Source: Actinomycetota bacterium (lineage in GTDB: Bacteria > Actinomycetota > Actinomycetes > Actinomycetales > Microbacteriaceae). From it: a stretch of DNA of 64,000 bases. Shown one piece after another: positions 15,582 through 23,723 of this stretch. The notes under the pieces were generated by a model. That model did not search any database. It had not been told where the DNA came from and saw only the letters and a list, made by a program, of their open reading frames with translations. The stretch is taken from contig JAFDWM010000003.1 of NCBI GenBank assembly GCA_018268455.1, forward strand, positions 8,211-72,210, written 5' to 3'. How positions within the stretch are numbered: the first letter of the stretch is position 1; each line of letters begins with the position of its first letter. Made by a program: the position numbers and the translations under genes.

Positions 15582-18538
15582 CAGATGTCCACCCCCCTGG
15601 CGCGCATCTCGATGGTCTGCCGGTCGACCTCGGCGCCGAGGCTGCGCAGCACGTCGAGCACGAGTCCGATCACGACGAGGTACACGCCGATGTCGAAGAA
15701 GGTCGAGGTCACGAACTCGAGATGCCCGAGCACCGGGACATCCGCCTCCCACACGGCGCTGCTGAGCGGGGGGAGCCCGAAGAACAGCGGAGCCACGGCC
15801 GCTCCGACGGCGAGGATGAGACCCGCTCCGAGCAGACGCCCGGCGTCGGTGGGCGATGCGGCACCGAGCTCCCAGCGGCCGCCCGCGATGTAGCGCATCA
15901 CCAGCGCCATCCCGGCGACCAGTCCGCCGGCGAAGCCGCCGCCGGGGGCGTTGTGCCCGGCGAAGAGCAGGTAGATCGAGACGACCATGATCGTGTGGAA
16001 CAGGATCCGCACGATCACCTCGAGCAGGATCGAGCGGTTCTCCGGCTTCACGTTGCCGCCGCCGACGAGCCAGGCGCGCGGCGCGGTGTCGCCCGCCGTC
16101 TGCACGCGCACACCCTCGGTGGTCTCCACGAGCGGGATCCGGCGGGCACGCCGCGGCGCCTCCGGAAGGGCCTTCGTGGCGCTGAGCCGGTCGGCCCGGT
16201 GCGTGACGAACACGAGCGAGGCCACGCCGGTTGCGGCCAGCACCAGCACCGACAGCTCGCCCATGGTGTCCCAGCCGCGCAGGTCGACGAGGGCCACGTT
16301 GACGACGTTCCTGCCGTGCCCGAGCTCGTAGGCGAGCTTCGGGAACGCCTCGGAGATGGGATCCTCGACCCGGGATCCGGTGGCGACGATCGCGACCGCC
16401 GCCATCATCGCCCCGGCGGCGACCCCGAGGATCGCGCGCGGCACGCGACCGACCGAGGCGTTGTGCTCCCCCATCCGCGACGGCAGCCGGCGCAGTACGA
16501 GTGCGAAGGTGACGAGCGTGACGGTCTCGACGAGGATCTGCGTGAGCGCGAGGTCGGGCGCCCCGCTGGTGCCGAACAGCACCACCATGCCGAGGCCGGT
16601 GACCGAGACCAGCACGACGCCGGTGTAGCGCTTGCGCGCCCGCACGGCGATGAGCCCGGCGAGGATCATGATCGGCGCGACGACGAGCTGGGTCGGGGTG
16701 TGCCAGGCGCTCAGCTGCGCGTGGGCGGGTCCGCCCAGGATGAGCGCGGTACCCTCGCTCGCGATCACGACGATGAAGATCGTGCCGACGTACACCGGCA
16801 GGGATCCGCGCTGGGTGAACGCGGTGGTCACCACGGAGAGGCGATCGATGCTGCGCATGACCAGGTAGTAGGCGTCCTGCGCGGTGAACCTCGCACGCCG
16901 TGCACGGCTGTCCCAGCCGAGGCGCCGGGTGAGCGGGAACAGCAGCAGCCCGAGTGCGATCGCGCCGACCGACAGGAACAGCGCGGGGGCGAACCCGTGC
17001 CACAGCGCCAGGTAGCCGGTCTCCAGGTCGACGCCGCCGTAGCCCGGCGCCTGGGCGTCGTCGGCGAAGCCCGCCAGCGCGACGCTCACGACCGGCGCGG
17101 CGAGGCCCAGGGCGACAGTGCCCGCGGCGAGCAGCACGGGTGAGACGAGGAAGCCGAAGGGCGGGCGCGGCCATTCCGTATCCGGCATGTATCCGCTCAG
17201 CGTCGCGTGCCGCGGATCCTTCTTCCGCCAGAACGCGCCCCAGAGGAACCGCGCCCCATATGCCGCAGTGAGAATGGATCCGAGGATCACGCCCCCGAGC
17301 GCGACGGCCCCCCAGAACGACCCGCGCAGTGACTCGTCGAAGAGCGCGGCGAGGGTGGACTCCTTGGCGGCGAAGCCGATCGTCGGGGGCACACCCATCA
17401 TGGATCCGACCGCGAGGAAGCCGGCGGTCGCGAGCAGCGGCGCCTGGCGCCCGAGGCCCGAGATCTCCGCCACGTCTCGGGTGGAGAGCTGACGGTCGAT
17501 GACGCCGACGATGAGGAACAGGGACGACTTGAACAGCGCGTGGCTGAGCACGAGCGCGAGGCCGGCGAGGATCGCGTCCGGCGTGCCGTAGCCGAGCACG
17601 ATCGTGAAGAATCCGAGCTGGCTCACGGTGCCGAAGGCGAGGATGCGCTTGAGGTCGGTCTCGCGCAGCGCCTGCACGCCGCCGAGGATCATCGTGAGCA
17701 CGCCCAGCGAGATCGTGATCGGCCGCCAGGGCCCGCTCAGCGCGAACACCGGGGCGAACCGGGCGATCAGGTAGATGCCGGCCTTCACCATGGCCGCGGC
17801 GTGCAGGTACGCGCTCACCGGCGTGGGCGCCGCCATCGCGCCGGGCAGCCAGAAGTGGAAGGGGAAGATCGCCGACTTGCTCAGCGCCCCGACCAGGATC
17901 AGCACGATCGCGGCGTCGATCACCGGCCCGGTGGGTGCGATCTCGAGGATCCGGGACATGCTCGATGTGCCCGCCGCGACGGCGAGGAAGACCACGCCGA
18001 CGAACATCGCGAGGCCACCGAGCGTGGTCACCAGCAGCGCCTGCAGGGCCGCGCGTCGGCTCGCGCCGCGGCGGTGATAATGGCCGATCAGCAGGTAGGA
18101 CAGGATGCTGGTGACCTCCCAGAACATCACCAGCAGCACGAGGTCGTCGGTGGTCACCAGCCCGTACATGGCCCCTGCGAAGGCGAGCAGCACGGCGGCG
18201 AACTGGCCGATCCCCTCTTTGGATCCGCGGAAGTACCACCGGCAGTACAGCAGCACGAGTGCGCCCACGCCGGTCACGATCAGCGCCAGCAGCCAGCTGA
18301 GCTCGTCGAGCCGGAAGCTCAGCGACAGCCCCAGCTGAGGGATCCACGGCATCGATTCGCGCGGCTCGAGGGCCGGGTCATCGGATCCGGCCAGCACTTG
18401 CGGTGTGAGCATCGCGGTGTAGACGAAGGCGGCGGCGGGCACGAGCGCGGCGACCGCGAACGCGCGCGCCCCGATCCACGCCACCAGCAGCGGGAGCAGC
18501 AGGGCGGTGAGGGCGAACAGGGCGAGGAGCGTCAGCAG
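15581..18538 (-). CDS. mrpA: Na+/H+ antiporter subunit A (fused MrpA/MrpB type)
   Basis: Polytopic protein of about 985 aa, NuoL-like. The track start (GTG 18484) truncates a hydrophobic N-terminal helix. In-frame CTG codons at 18538/18535 are preceded by GAGGAGA; see findings. The start is uncertain (18484 or 18538). Confidence 0.85.
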   Translation of the reverse strand: MLTLLALFALTALLLPLLVAWIGARAFAVAALVPAAAFVYTAMLTPQVLAGSDDPALEPRESMPWIPQLGLSLSFRLDELSWLLALIVTGVGALVLLYCRWYFRGSKEGIGQFAAVLLAFAGAMYGLVTTDDLVLLVMFWEVTSILSYLLIGHYHRRGASRRAALQALLVTTLGGLAMFVGVVFLAVAAGTSSMSRILEIAPTGPVIDAAIVLILVGALSKSAIFPFHFWLPGAMAAPTPVSAYLHAAAMVKAGIYLIARFAPVFALSGPWRPITISLGVLTMILGGVQALRETDLKRILAFGTVSQLGFFTIVLGYGTPDAILAGLALVLSHALFKSSLFLIVGVIDRQLSTRDVAEISGLGRQAPLLATAGFLAVGSMMGVPPTIGFAAKESTLAALFDESLRGSFWGAVALGGVILGSILTAAYGARFLWGAFWRKKDPRHATLSGYMPDTEWPRPPFGFLVSPVLLAAGTVALGLAAPVVSVALAGFADDAQAPGYGGVDLETGYLALWHGFAPALFLSVGAIALGLLLFPLTRRLGWDSRARRARFTAQDAYYLVMRSIDRLSVVTTAFTQRGSLPVYVGTIFIVVIASEGTALILGGPAHAQLSAWHTPTQLVVAPIMILAGLIAVRARKRYTGVVLVSVTGLGMVVLFGTSGAPDLALTQILVETVTLVTFALVLRRLPSRMGEHNASVGRVPRAILGVAAGAMMAAVAIVATGSRVEDPISEAFPKLAYELGHGRNVVNVALVDLRGWDTMGELSVLVLAATGVASLVFVTHRADRLSATKALPEAPRRARRIPLVETTEGVRVQTAGDTAPRAWLVGGGNVKPENRSILLEVIVRILFHTIMVVSIYLLFAGHNAPGGGFAGGLVAGMALVMRYIAGGRWELGAASPTDAGRLLGAGLILAVGAAVAPLFFGLPPLSSAVWEADVPVLGHLEFVTSTFFDIGVYLVVIGLVLDVLRSLGAEVDRQTIEMRARGVDI

Positions 18539-18696
18539 GGGCGGTCTCCTCTGGCTCGTCGGTCTCTGCGGCTGAAGCAGGGCGACTCAGGCGGGCGGGT
18601 TCGGATCCAGTTTAGGTGCCGGGCGAGACGCCGATCGAGGCCGGCGCAGCTCAGATCTCCCGGATCCGCGGTGCGCGGGGCTCAGAGCGCGGCGTC

Positions 18697-19785
18697 TCAG
18701 AGCGCGGGGGCGGGTCCCGTGGTCGTGCCCTCGCGGAACGTGCACGAGAAGCGGATCGAGGCGGCCTGCTCGCCCGCGAGCAGCCGCGCCACCGCGTCAC
18801 CCGCCGCACGGCCCTTCTCGACCGCGGGCTGCACGGCCGTGGTCAGCACGTGCTCGCCGAGCCCGTCCACCGCGATGCCGTCGAATCCGGCCACGCTGAC
18901 GTCGTCGGGCACGCGCAGCCCCGCCTCCTCGGCGGCGCGGATGACGCCGGCCGCGAGCAGGTCGCTCTGGGCGATCACCGCCGTGGGCCTGGTCGCCGGA
19001 TCCTCGAACAGCAGACGTCCGGCGATCAGCCCCTCGTCGATCAGGCTCCCGCCCGAGGACACCACCCTGGCCTGCGGGAACACGGCCAGCACGCTGTCCA
19101 GCCGCGCCCGCGTGACCGGTGTCGTGATCGCCGCGATGCGCTCCGGTGAGGCGACGCCGCGCACCCGTCGCAGGTCGAACGGCAGGGTGACCACGGCCAC
19201 GCGCTCGTGCCCGAGCCCGCGCAGGTGCTGCGCGATCTGGGTGGCGGCTTCGGCGTTGTCCAGGTCGATGCGGGGAATGCCCTCGCCGGCGTCGCCCTCG
19301 ATGACGACGACCGGCAGGCCGCGGGCCCGCACCGCCTGCAGCGCGTCCAGCATGCGGGCGCTGCAGCCGATCAGCACGGCGGCGTCGATGGGTGCGGTCG
19401 CGAGCGACGGCCCGGATCCGCCTGCCGCGTCGGTCGACGGATCGTCGCGCAGCAGCAGCACCCCGGTGCCGAGCTCGGCGAGGCCGTCGGTGAGGCCGTC
19501 CATGGTCGCGGTCTTCACGGGATCCAGGAACGCGGTGCGCAGGTGCTCCTCGAGGGCGACCGCGACGATGCCGCTACGGCCCCGGCGCAGCGATGCGGCC
19601 CGAGGATCGGGCCCCGTGTAGCCCAGCTCGGCGGCCGCGGCCTGCACCCGCTCCTTCGTCGCCGCGGCGACCGGAGCCTTGCCGCTGAACACCACGGATG
19701 CCGTCGACGGGCTCACGCCGGCGGCGCGTGCGACGTCGGCGATCGTGGCCCGGCGGCGAGCGCCCGGCAGCGGATCCGTGCTCAT
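18697..19785 (-). CDS. LacI family transcriptional regulator
   Basis: N-terminal HTH ATIADVARAAGVSPSTASVVFSGK followed by a periplasmic-binding-protein-like sugar-binding core; 362 aa. Confidence 0.9.
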   Translation of the reverse strand: MSTDPLPGARRRATIADVARAAGVSPSTASVVFSGKAPVAAATKERVQAAAAELGYTGPDPRAASLRRGRSGIVAVALEEHLRTAFLDPVKTATMDGLTDGLAELGTGVLLLRDDPSTDAAGGSGPSLATAPIDAAVLIGCSARMLDALQAVRARGLPVVVIEGDAGEGIPRIDLDNAEAATQIAQHLRGLGHERVAVVTLPFDLRRVRGVASPERIAAITTPVTRARLDSVLAVFPQARVVSSGGSLIDEGLIAGRLLFEDPATRPTAVIAQSDLLAAGVIRAAEEAGLRVPDDVSVAGFDGIAVDGLGEHVLTTAVQPAVEKGRAAGDAVARLLAGEQAASIRFSCTFREGTTTGPAPAL

Positions 19786-19818
19786 GCTCCGACAGTAACA
19801 TCATCGGGAACACAGGGA

Positions 19819-19832
19819 TCGAATCGATTCGA
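19819..19832. promoter_or_regulatory. perfect 14-bp palindrome TCGAATCGATTCGA, candidate LacI-family operator
   Basis: It lies in the 59-bp divergent spacer between the LacI gene and the MFS gene. It has a central CG and a half-site layout typical of LacI/GalR operators. Confidence 0.45.
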
Positions 19833-19844
19833 TATGCTGTTGAG

Positions 19845-21068
19845 ATGGACACAGCGCTCACCCGATCCCAGTTCGTGCGCTGGCGTATCGCGATCTTCGC
19901 GATCTTCCTCGCCAGCGGACTGTCCATCGCAACCTGGGCATCACGCGTCCCCGACATCAAGCTCACCCTGCACCTCGACAACGCGCAGATGGGCCTGATG
20001 CTGCTGGGCATGGGCATCGCCTCGATCATCGGCATCTCCACGAGCCCGGCGGTCATGGCCCGCACCGGCGCCCGCCTGGGCATGCTGCTGACGATGCTCT
20101 GCTTCGTGCTCGGCATCGTGCTGATCGGGTTCGGCACGAATGTGCTCGGCGCGCTCCCGGTCGTCGTCACGGGCCTCGCGCTGTTCGGGTTCGGCAACGG
20201 ATCCCTCGACGTCATGATGAACGTCGAGGCGACCGCGATCGAGCAGCAGATGGGCCGCACGATCCTGCCGGTGTTCCACGCGTTCTTCAGCTTCGGCACC
20301 GTGATCGGCGCCGGCGTCGGCGCGTTCTTCGTGCACCTCGGCTGGGACGTCTCGACGCACATGTTCGTGATCGCCGCGCTGATCGCCGTGATGGCCGTCG
20401 TGTCGCGGCTCAACGTGCCGGAGCGTGAGGCGACGCTCGATCCGGAGCCGGGGGAGAAGCCGCACTGGCGCGAGCGCGTGCACGCCTCACTCGAGGCCTG
20501 GCGCGAGCCGCGCACCTACTTCCTCGGGATCGTGATGCTGGGCATGTCGTTCGCCGAGGGCGGGGCCAACGACTGGCTCGCGCTCGGCGTCGCGGAGGAC
20601 CATCACGCCGGTGCGACCGCGGGGGCGGCCGCCCTGGCCACGTTCTCCGTCGCGATGACCGTGGTGCGACTGTTCGGCGGCCCGCTCGTCGACAGGTTCG
20701 GCCGCGTCGTCGTGCTGCGCGTGCTCGCGCTCACCGCCGCGGCGGGGATCCTGCTGTTCATCCTCGCCCCGAACACTCCGCTGGTCTTCGTCGGGGCGGC
20801 ACTGTGGGGCATCGGCGCGTCGCTCGGCTTCCCGCTGGGCATGTCCGCGGCGGCCGACGATCCCGCGAAGGCCGCGGCACGCGTGAGCGCCGCGGCCACG
20901 ATCGGGTACGTCGCGTTCCTCGGGGGCCCGCCGGTGCTCGGCTTCGTGAGCGACCACATCGGCCTGCTGAACACGCTGTACGTGCTCGTCGTGCTCGCCG
21001 CCCTGTCCGGCCTGTTCTCGAGCGCGGCCCGCCCGCTGCGCGAGGAGGAGAAGGTGTCCGCGGGCTAG
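19845..21068 (+). CDS. MFS transporter
   Basis: In-frame ATG at 19845 (MDTALTRSQFVRWRIAIFAIFLASG...), about 12 TM segments. The track start at 19698 would overlap the LacI gene. Confidence 0.85.
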   Translation: MDTALTRSQFVRWRIAIFAIFLASGLSIATWASRVPDIKLTLHLDNAQMGLMLLGMGIASIIGISTSPAVMARTGARLGMLLTMLCFVLGIVLIGFGTNVLGALPVVVTGLALFGFGNGSLDVMMNVEATAIEQQMGRTILPVFHAFFSFGTVIGAGVGAFFVHLGWDVSTHMFVIAALIAVMAVVSRLNVPEREATLDPEPGEKPHWRERVHASLEAWREPRTYFLGIVMLGMSFAEGGANDWLALGVAEDHHAGATAGAAALATFSVAMTVVRLFGGPLVDRFGRVVVLRVLALTAAAGILLFILAPNTPLVFVGAALWGIGASLGFPLGMSAAADDPAKAAARVSAAATIGYVAFLGGPPVLGFVSDHIGLLNTLYVLVVLAALSGLFSSAARPLREEEKVSAG

Positions 21069-21077
21069 GCTCTTCGG

Positions 21078-21773
21078 GTGCGTCTCGTCATCGCCCGCTG
21101 CGCCGTGGACTACACCGGCCGCCTCAACGCCCATCTGCCCCTCGCCACGCGTCTGCTCGTGCACAAGGGCGACGGGAGTCTGCTCGTGCACTCCGACGGC
21201 GGCAGCTACAAGCCGTTGAACTGGATGAGCCCGCCGTGCCGCCTCGAGCCGGAGGAACCGGGGGAGGAGGAGGCGTCGGCCGGCGTCGCCGAGGTCTGGC
21301 GGGTGACGCACCAGAAGACGGGCGACGCGCTGCGCGTGCAGATCTACGAGATCCTGCACGACTCCAATCACGACCTCGGCGTGGATCCGGGGCTGCAGAA
21401 AGACGGCGTAGAAGCGGATCTGCAGCGGCTGCTCGCCGAGCAGGTCGACCGGATCGCCGAGGGCGCGACGCTCATGCGCCGCGAGTACCCCACCGCGATC
21501 GGACCGGTCGATCTCATGGTGCGCGACGCGGACGGCGTCGCCATCGCCGTCGAGGTGAAGCGCCGCGGCGACATCGACGGCGTCGAGCAGCTCACGCGCT
21601 ATCTCGAACTCCTCGGCCGGGATCCGCATCTCGCCCCCGTGCAGGGCGTGTTCGCCGCGCAGGAGATCAAGCCGCAGGCCCGCGTGCTCGCCGAGGATCG
21701 CGGGATCCGCTGCCTCGTGCTCGACTACGAGGACATGAAGGGCATCGAGTCCGGAGCCCCGCGCCTGTTCTGA
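21078..21773 (+). CDS. nucS: endonuclease NucS (EndoMS, mismatch-specific)
   Basis: [21 protein letters not shown]...GSYKPLNWM...[33 protein letters not shown]. This is the characteristic NucS N-terminal domain plus a RecB-like nuclease core; 231 aa. Confidence 0.92.
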   Translation: MRLVIARCAVDYTGRLNAHLPLATRLLVHKGDGSLLVHSDGGSYKPLNWMSPPCRLEPEEPGEEEASAGVAEVWRVTHQKTGDALRVQIYEILHDSNHDLGVDPGLQKDGVEADLQRLLAEQVDRIAEGATLMRREYPTAIGPVDLMVRDADGVAIAVEVKRRGDIDGVEQLTRYLELLGRDPHLAPVQGVFAAQEIKPQARVLAEDRGIRCLVLDYEDMKGIESGAPRLF

Positions 21774-21814
21774 CCGCCGGATCCGCGCCCAGCGCGTCCG
21801 CGGACCGGATCCCC

Positions 21815-21933
21815 GCCCCGTCACCCTCGGTCCGGATCCGTTGCTCGCGCCACCCTCGGTCCGGACCCGTCGCTCCCGTCGCAGAAACCGCTGTCCGCGA
21901 GGCTCAAGAACGACGGATTTCGCGACGGGAACG
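21815..21933. repeat. structured intergenic repeat, copy 1 (prefix CACCCTCGGTCCGGA duplicated, core TCGCTCCCGTCGCAGAAACCG...GACGGATTTCGCGACGGGAACG)
   Basis: Read directly. It contains the imperfect inverted repeat CCCGTCGCAGAAACCG / CGGATTTCGCGACGGG. Confidence 0.75.
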
Positions 21934-21974
21934 GTTGGGGGTGCCTGCCCAGCGCGCCAAGGGTCCGGATCCGC

Positions 21975-22064
21975 GCCCCGTCACCCTCGGTCCGGACCCT
22001 TCGCTCCCGTCGCAGAAACCGTCGCCCGCGGGGCCGAAGAGCGACGGATTTCGCGACGGGAACG
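21975..22064. repeat. structured intergenic repeat, copy 2 (same family as 21815..21933)
   Basis: GCCCCGTCACCCTCGGTCCGGACCC-TTCGCTCCCGTCGCAGAAACCG-...-GACGGATTTCGCGACGGGAACG is nearly identical to copy 1. Confidence 0.75.
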
Positions 22065-22082
22065 AGACCGTACGCTGGAGAG

Positions 22083-22757
22083 ATGCCCGCAGCGCCTTAC
22101 TCCTGCGTCCTCTGGGACGTCGACGGCACGATCGCCGATGCATCGGGCGGGATCCTGCCCCGCCTCGTCGAGGTCTTCACTGCGCACGGCAGGCCGGCGC
22201 CGGCGGCGGACGAGCTCTCGCACTGGATCGGTCCGCCGATGGTCGAGACGTTCCAGGTGCGCGGTGGGATGACCGAGGACGAGGCCGAACGTGCCGTGCA
22301 GCACTACCGCGAACTCGCCGCACGCGACGGCTACGCGGCGGCCGTGCGCATCTACCCCGGCGTCGCCGAGGTGCTGCATGCCCTGCGCGCGGCAGGGATC
22401 CCGCAGGCGACGGCGAGCTCGAAGCCGGAGAACCAGGTGCTCGCGATCCTCGAGCACTACGGACTGATCGACGATTTCGCCGTCGTGGCCGGCGCCCTGC
22501 CCGACGTCCCGGGGCAGCGCGATACCAAGGCCGCGGTGATCGGGCGTGCGCTCGATCGCCTGGCCGAGGCCGGCGTCGACGTGAGCCGTCCGGTGCTGAT
22601 CGGCGACCGGCACCACGACCTCGACGGTGCCGCCGAGCACGGCATCCCGGTGATCTTCGCGAACTGGGGCTTCAGCGAGCCCGGCGAGTCGGAGGGATCC
22701 GTCGCCGCCGTCGACACCGCCGACCAGCTGCTCCCGCTGCTGCTGCCCCGTCCCTGA
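22083..22757 (+). CDS. HAD family hydrolase (phosphoglycolate phosphatase-like)
   Basis: Motif I VLWDVDGTIAD, and later the motifs SSK and GDRHHD; 224 aa. Confidence 0.85.
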   Translation: MPAAPYSCVLWDVDGTIADASGGILPRLVEVFTAHGRPAPAADELSHWIGPPMVETFQVRGGMTEDEAERAVQHYRELAARDGYAAAVRIYPGVAEVLHALRAAGIPQATASSKPENQVLAILEHYGLIDDFAVVAGALPDVPGQRDTKAAVIGRALDRLAEAGVDVSRPVLIGDRHHDLDGAAEHGIPVIFANWGFSEPGESEGSVAAVDTADQLLPLLLPRP

Positions 22758-22804
22758 CCCGCGGTGCCGGGCGGGATCCCGCTCCCCGCTCTGCCGGATG
22801 CTGT

Positions 22805-22880
22805 CCGCGAGACTCCATCTGAGTAACGAGACTGCACCCCTGAGCTGCAGTTTCGCGCCCCAGATGGAGTCTCGCGGTCA
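22805..22880. repeat. nested-palindrome intergenic repeat (CCGCGAGACTCCATCTG ... CAGATGGAGTCTCGCGG)
   Basis: Perfect 17-bp outer inverted repeat with an inner stem GAGACTGCA/CTGCAGTTTC. The 3' 20 nt CAGATGGAGTCTCGCGGTCA are identical to 37368..37387. Confidence 0.8.
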
Positions 22881-22947
22881 AAGAGGGCTGCCACCGGGGG
22901 GAGCGAGCGCGCCGGGAATGGGCAGCGAGTGCCCCGGGAACGAAGAA

Positions 22948-22973
22948 CTCCCCGGGGCCGAAGCCCCGGGGAG
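22948..22973 (-). terminator. intrinsic terminator hairpin downstream of cspA
   Basis: CTCCCCGGGGC-CGAA-GCCCCGGGGAG (11-bp GC stem), 18 nt after the cspA stop. On the minus strand it is followed by TTCTTCGTTCC. Confidence 0.6.
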
Positions 22974-22990
22974 TCAGAAGTCCGTGTCGC

Positions 22991-23194
22991 TCAGAGCGGA
23001 CGGATGTTCTCGGCCTGCAGGCCCTTGGGGCCCTGCGCCACATCGAACTCGACGCGCTGGTTCTCGTCGAGGGAGCGGTAGCCGGAGGATGCAATGGCGG
23101 AGTAGTGCGCGAACACGTCAGCTCCACCGTCGTCGGGGGAGATGAAGCCGAAGCCCTTCTCCGAGTTGAACCACTTAACCGTGCCCTGAGTCAT
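22991..23194 (-). CDS. cspA: cold-shock protein (CspA family)
   Basis: [34 protein letters not shown]... carries the RNP1/RNP2 motifs; 67 aa. Confidence 0.95.
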   Translation of the reverse strand: MTQGTVKWFNSEKGFGFISPDDGGADVFAHYSAIASSGYRSLDENQRVEFDVAQGPKGLQAENIRPL

Positions 23195-23402
23195 GTACTG
23201 CCTTCTTGCTTGGGCTTACGTCGGCGCAGACGCGCCGACGACCCTAACGCTATCCGAGAGCGGCGTGTTGGCAACACCCCGTGCGACACAGTGACACAAA
23301 CGTTGCACGGAAAATGGAACGGGTCCCCACCGCGGGGGGAGCGATGGGGACCCAAGGACGACCGGAGGGTGCGTCTGGATCAAGCATAACCCATCGGAGA
23401 GA

Positions 23403-23430
23403 ATTTTGTCCCCCATTTGGGGGACAAAAT
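23403..23430. other. perfect inverted repeat ATTTTGTCCCCC-ATTT-GGGGGACAAAAT
   Basis: Read directly. It lies about 210 nt upstream of the cspA start and downstream of the TetR/MFS unit. Its function is unknown (terminator or protein-binding site). Confidence 0.5.
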
Positions 23431-23480
23431 CGCCCCGGGAGGCGTACCATCACAGTACTTCGGAATATTGGGGACGAAGC

Positions 23481-23530
23481 GGCCCCCTCGAGGATCCTGC
23501 TTTTGGGGAGGCGGATCCTTCGAGGGGGCC
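23481..23530 (-). terminator. long hairpin downstream of the TetR gene (candidate terminator)
   Basis: GGCCCCCTCGAGGATCC ... GGATCCTTCGAGGGGGCC, an arm of about 17 bp with one bulge. Confidence 0.4.
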
Positions 23531-23723
23531 ATCACGCACAAGGCCGCCGGTCTCGGGGAAGACCTGTCGCCTCGCTGGGGACGTGTGGCGGAGCGGTCCG
23601 GATCACGTGCGCGTGATCCACACTAGGCACCGCGTCGCAGCGCTGTCCAGGTCGGCGCGGCGCGGCGACCGCAAGCGGCACCGCGAGTCTGAGAGTGCAC
23701 GAGACCGCCGCGGCGCTCCCGGA

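Noticed and set aside
15582-18347. Upstream 920 codons of the 1,113-aa minus-strand ORF 15006..18347
   Set aside because: It is out of frame with, and fully overlapped by, mrpA (15581..18538), which has a clean polytopic membrane-protein sequence. The alternative frame is Arg/Pro/Gly-rich. Only its last 576 nt (mrpC) are real.
21815-22064. Possible CRISPR array in the nucS-HAD spacer
   Set aside because: There are only two long (90-120 nt) imperfect units, with no regular 25-40-nt repeat/spacer periodicity, and no cas genes anywhere in the window. I classified it as a structured intergenic repeat instead.
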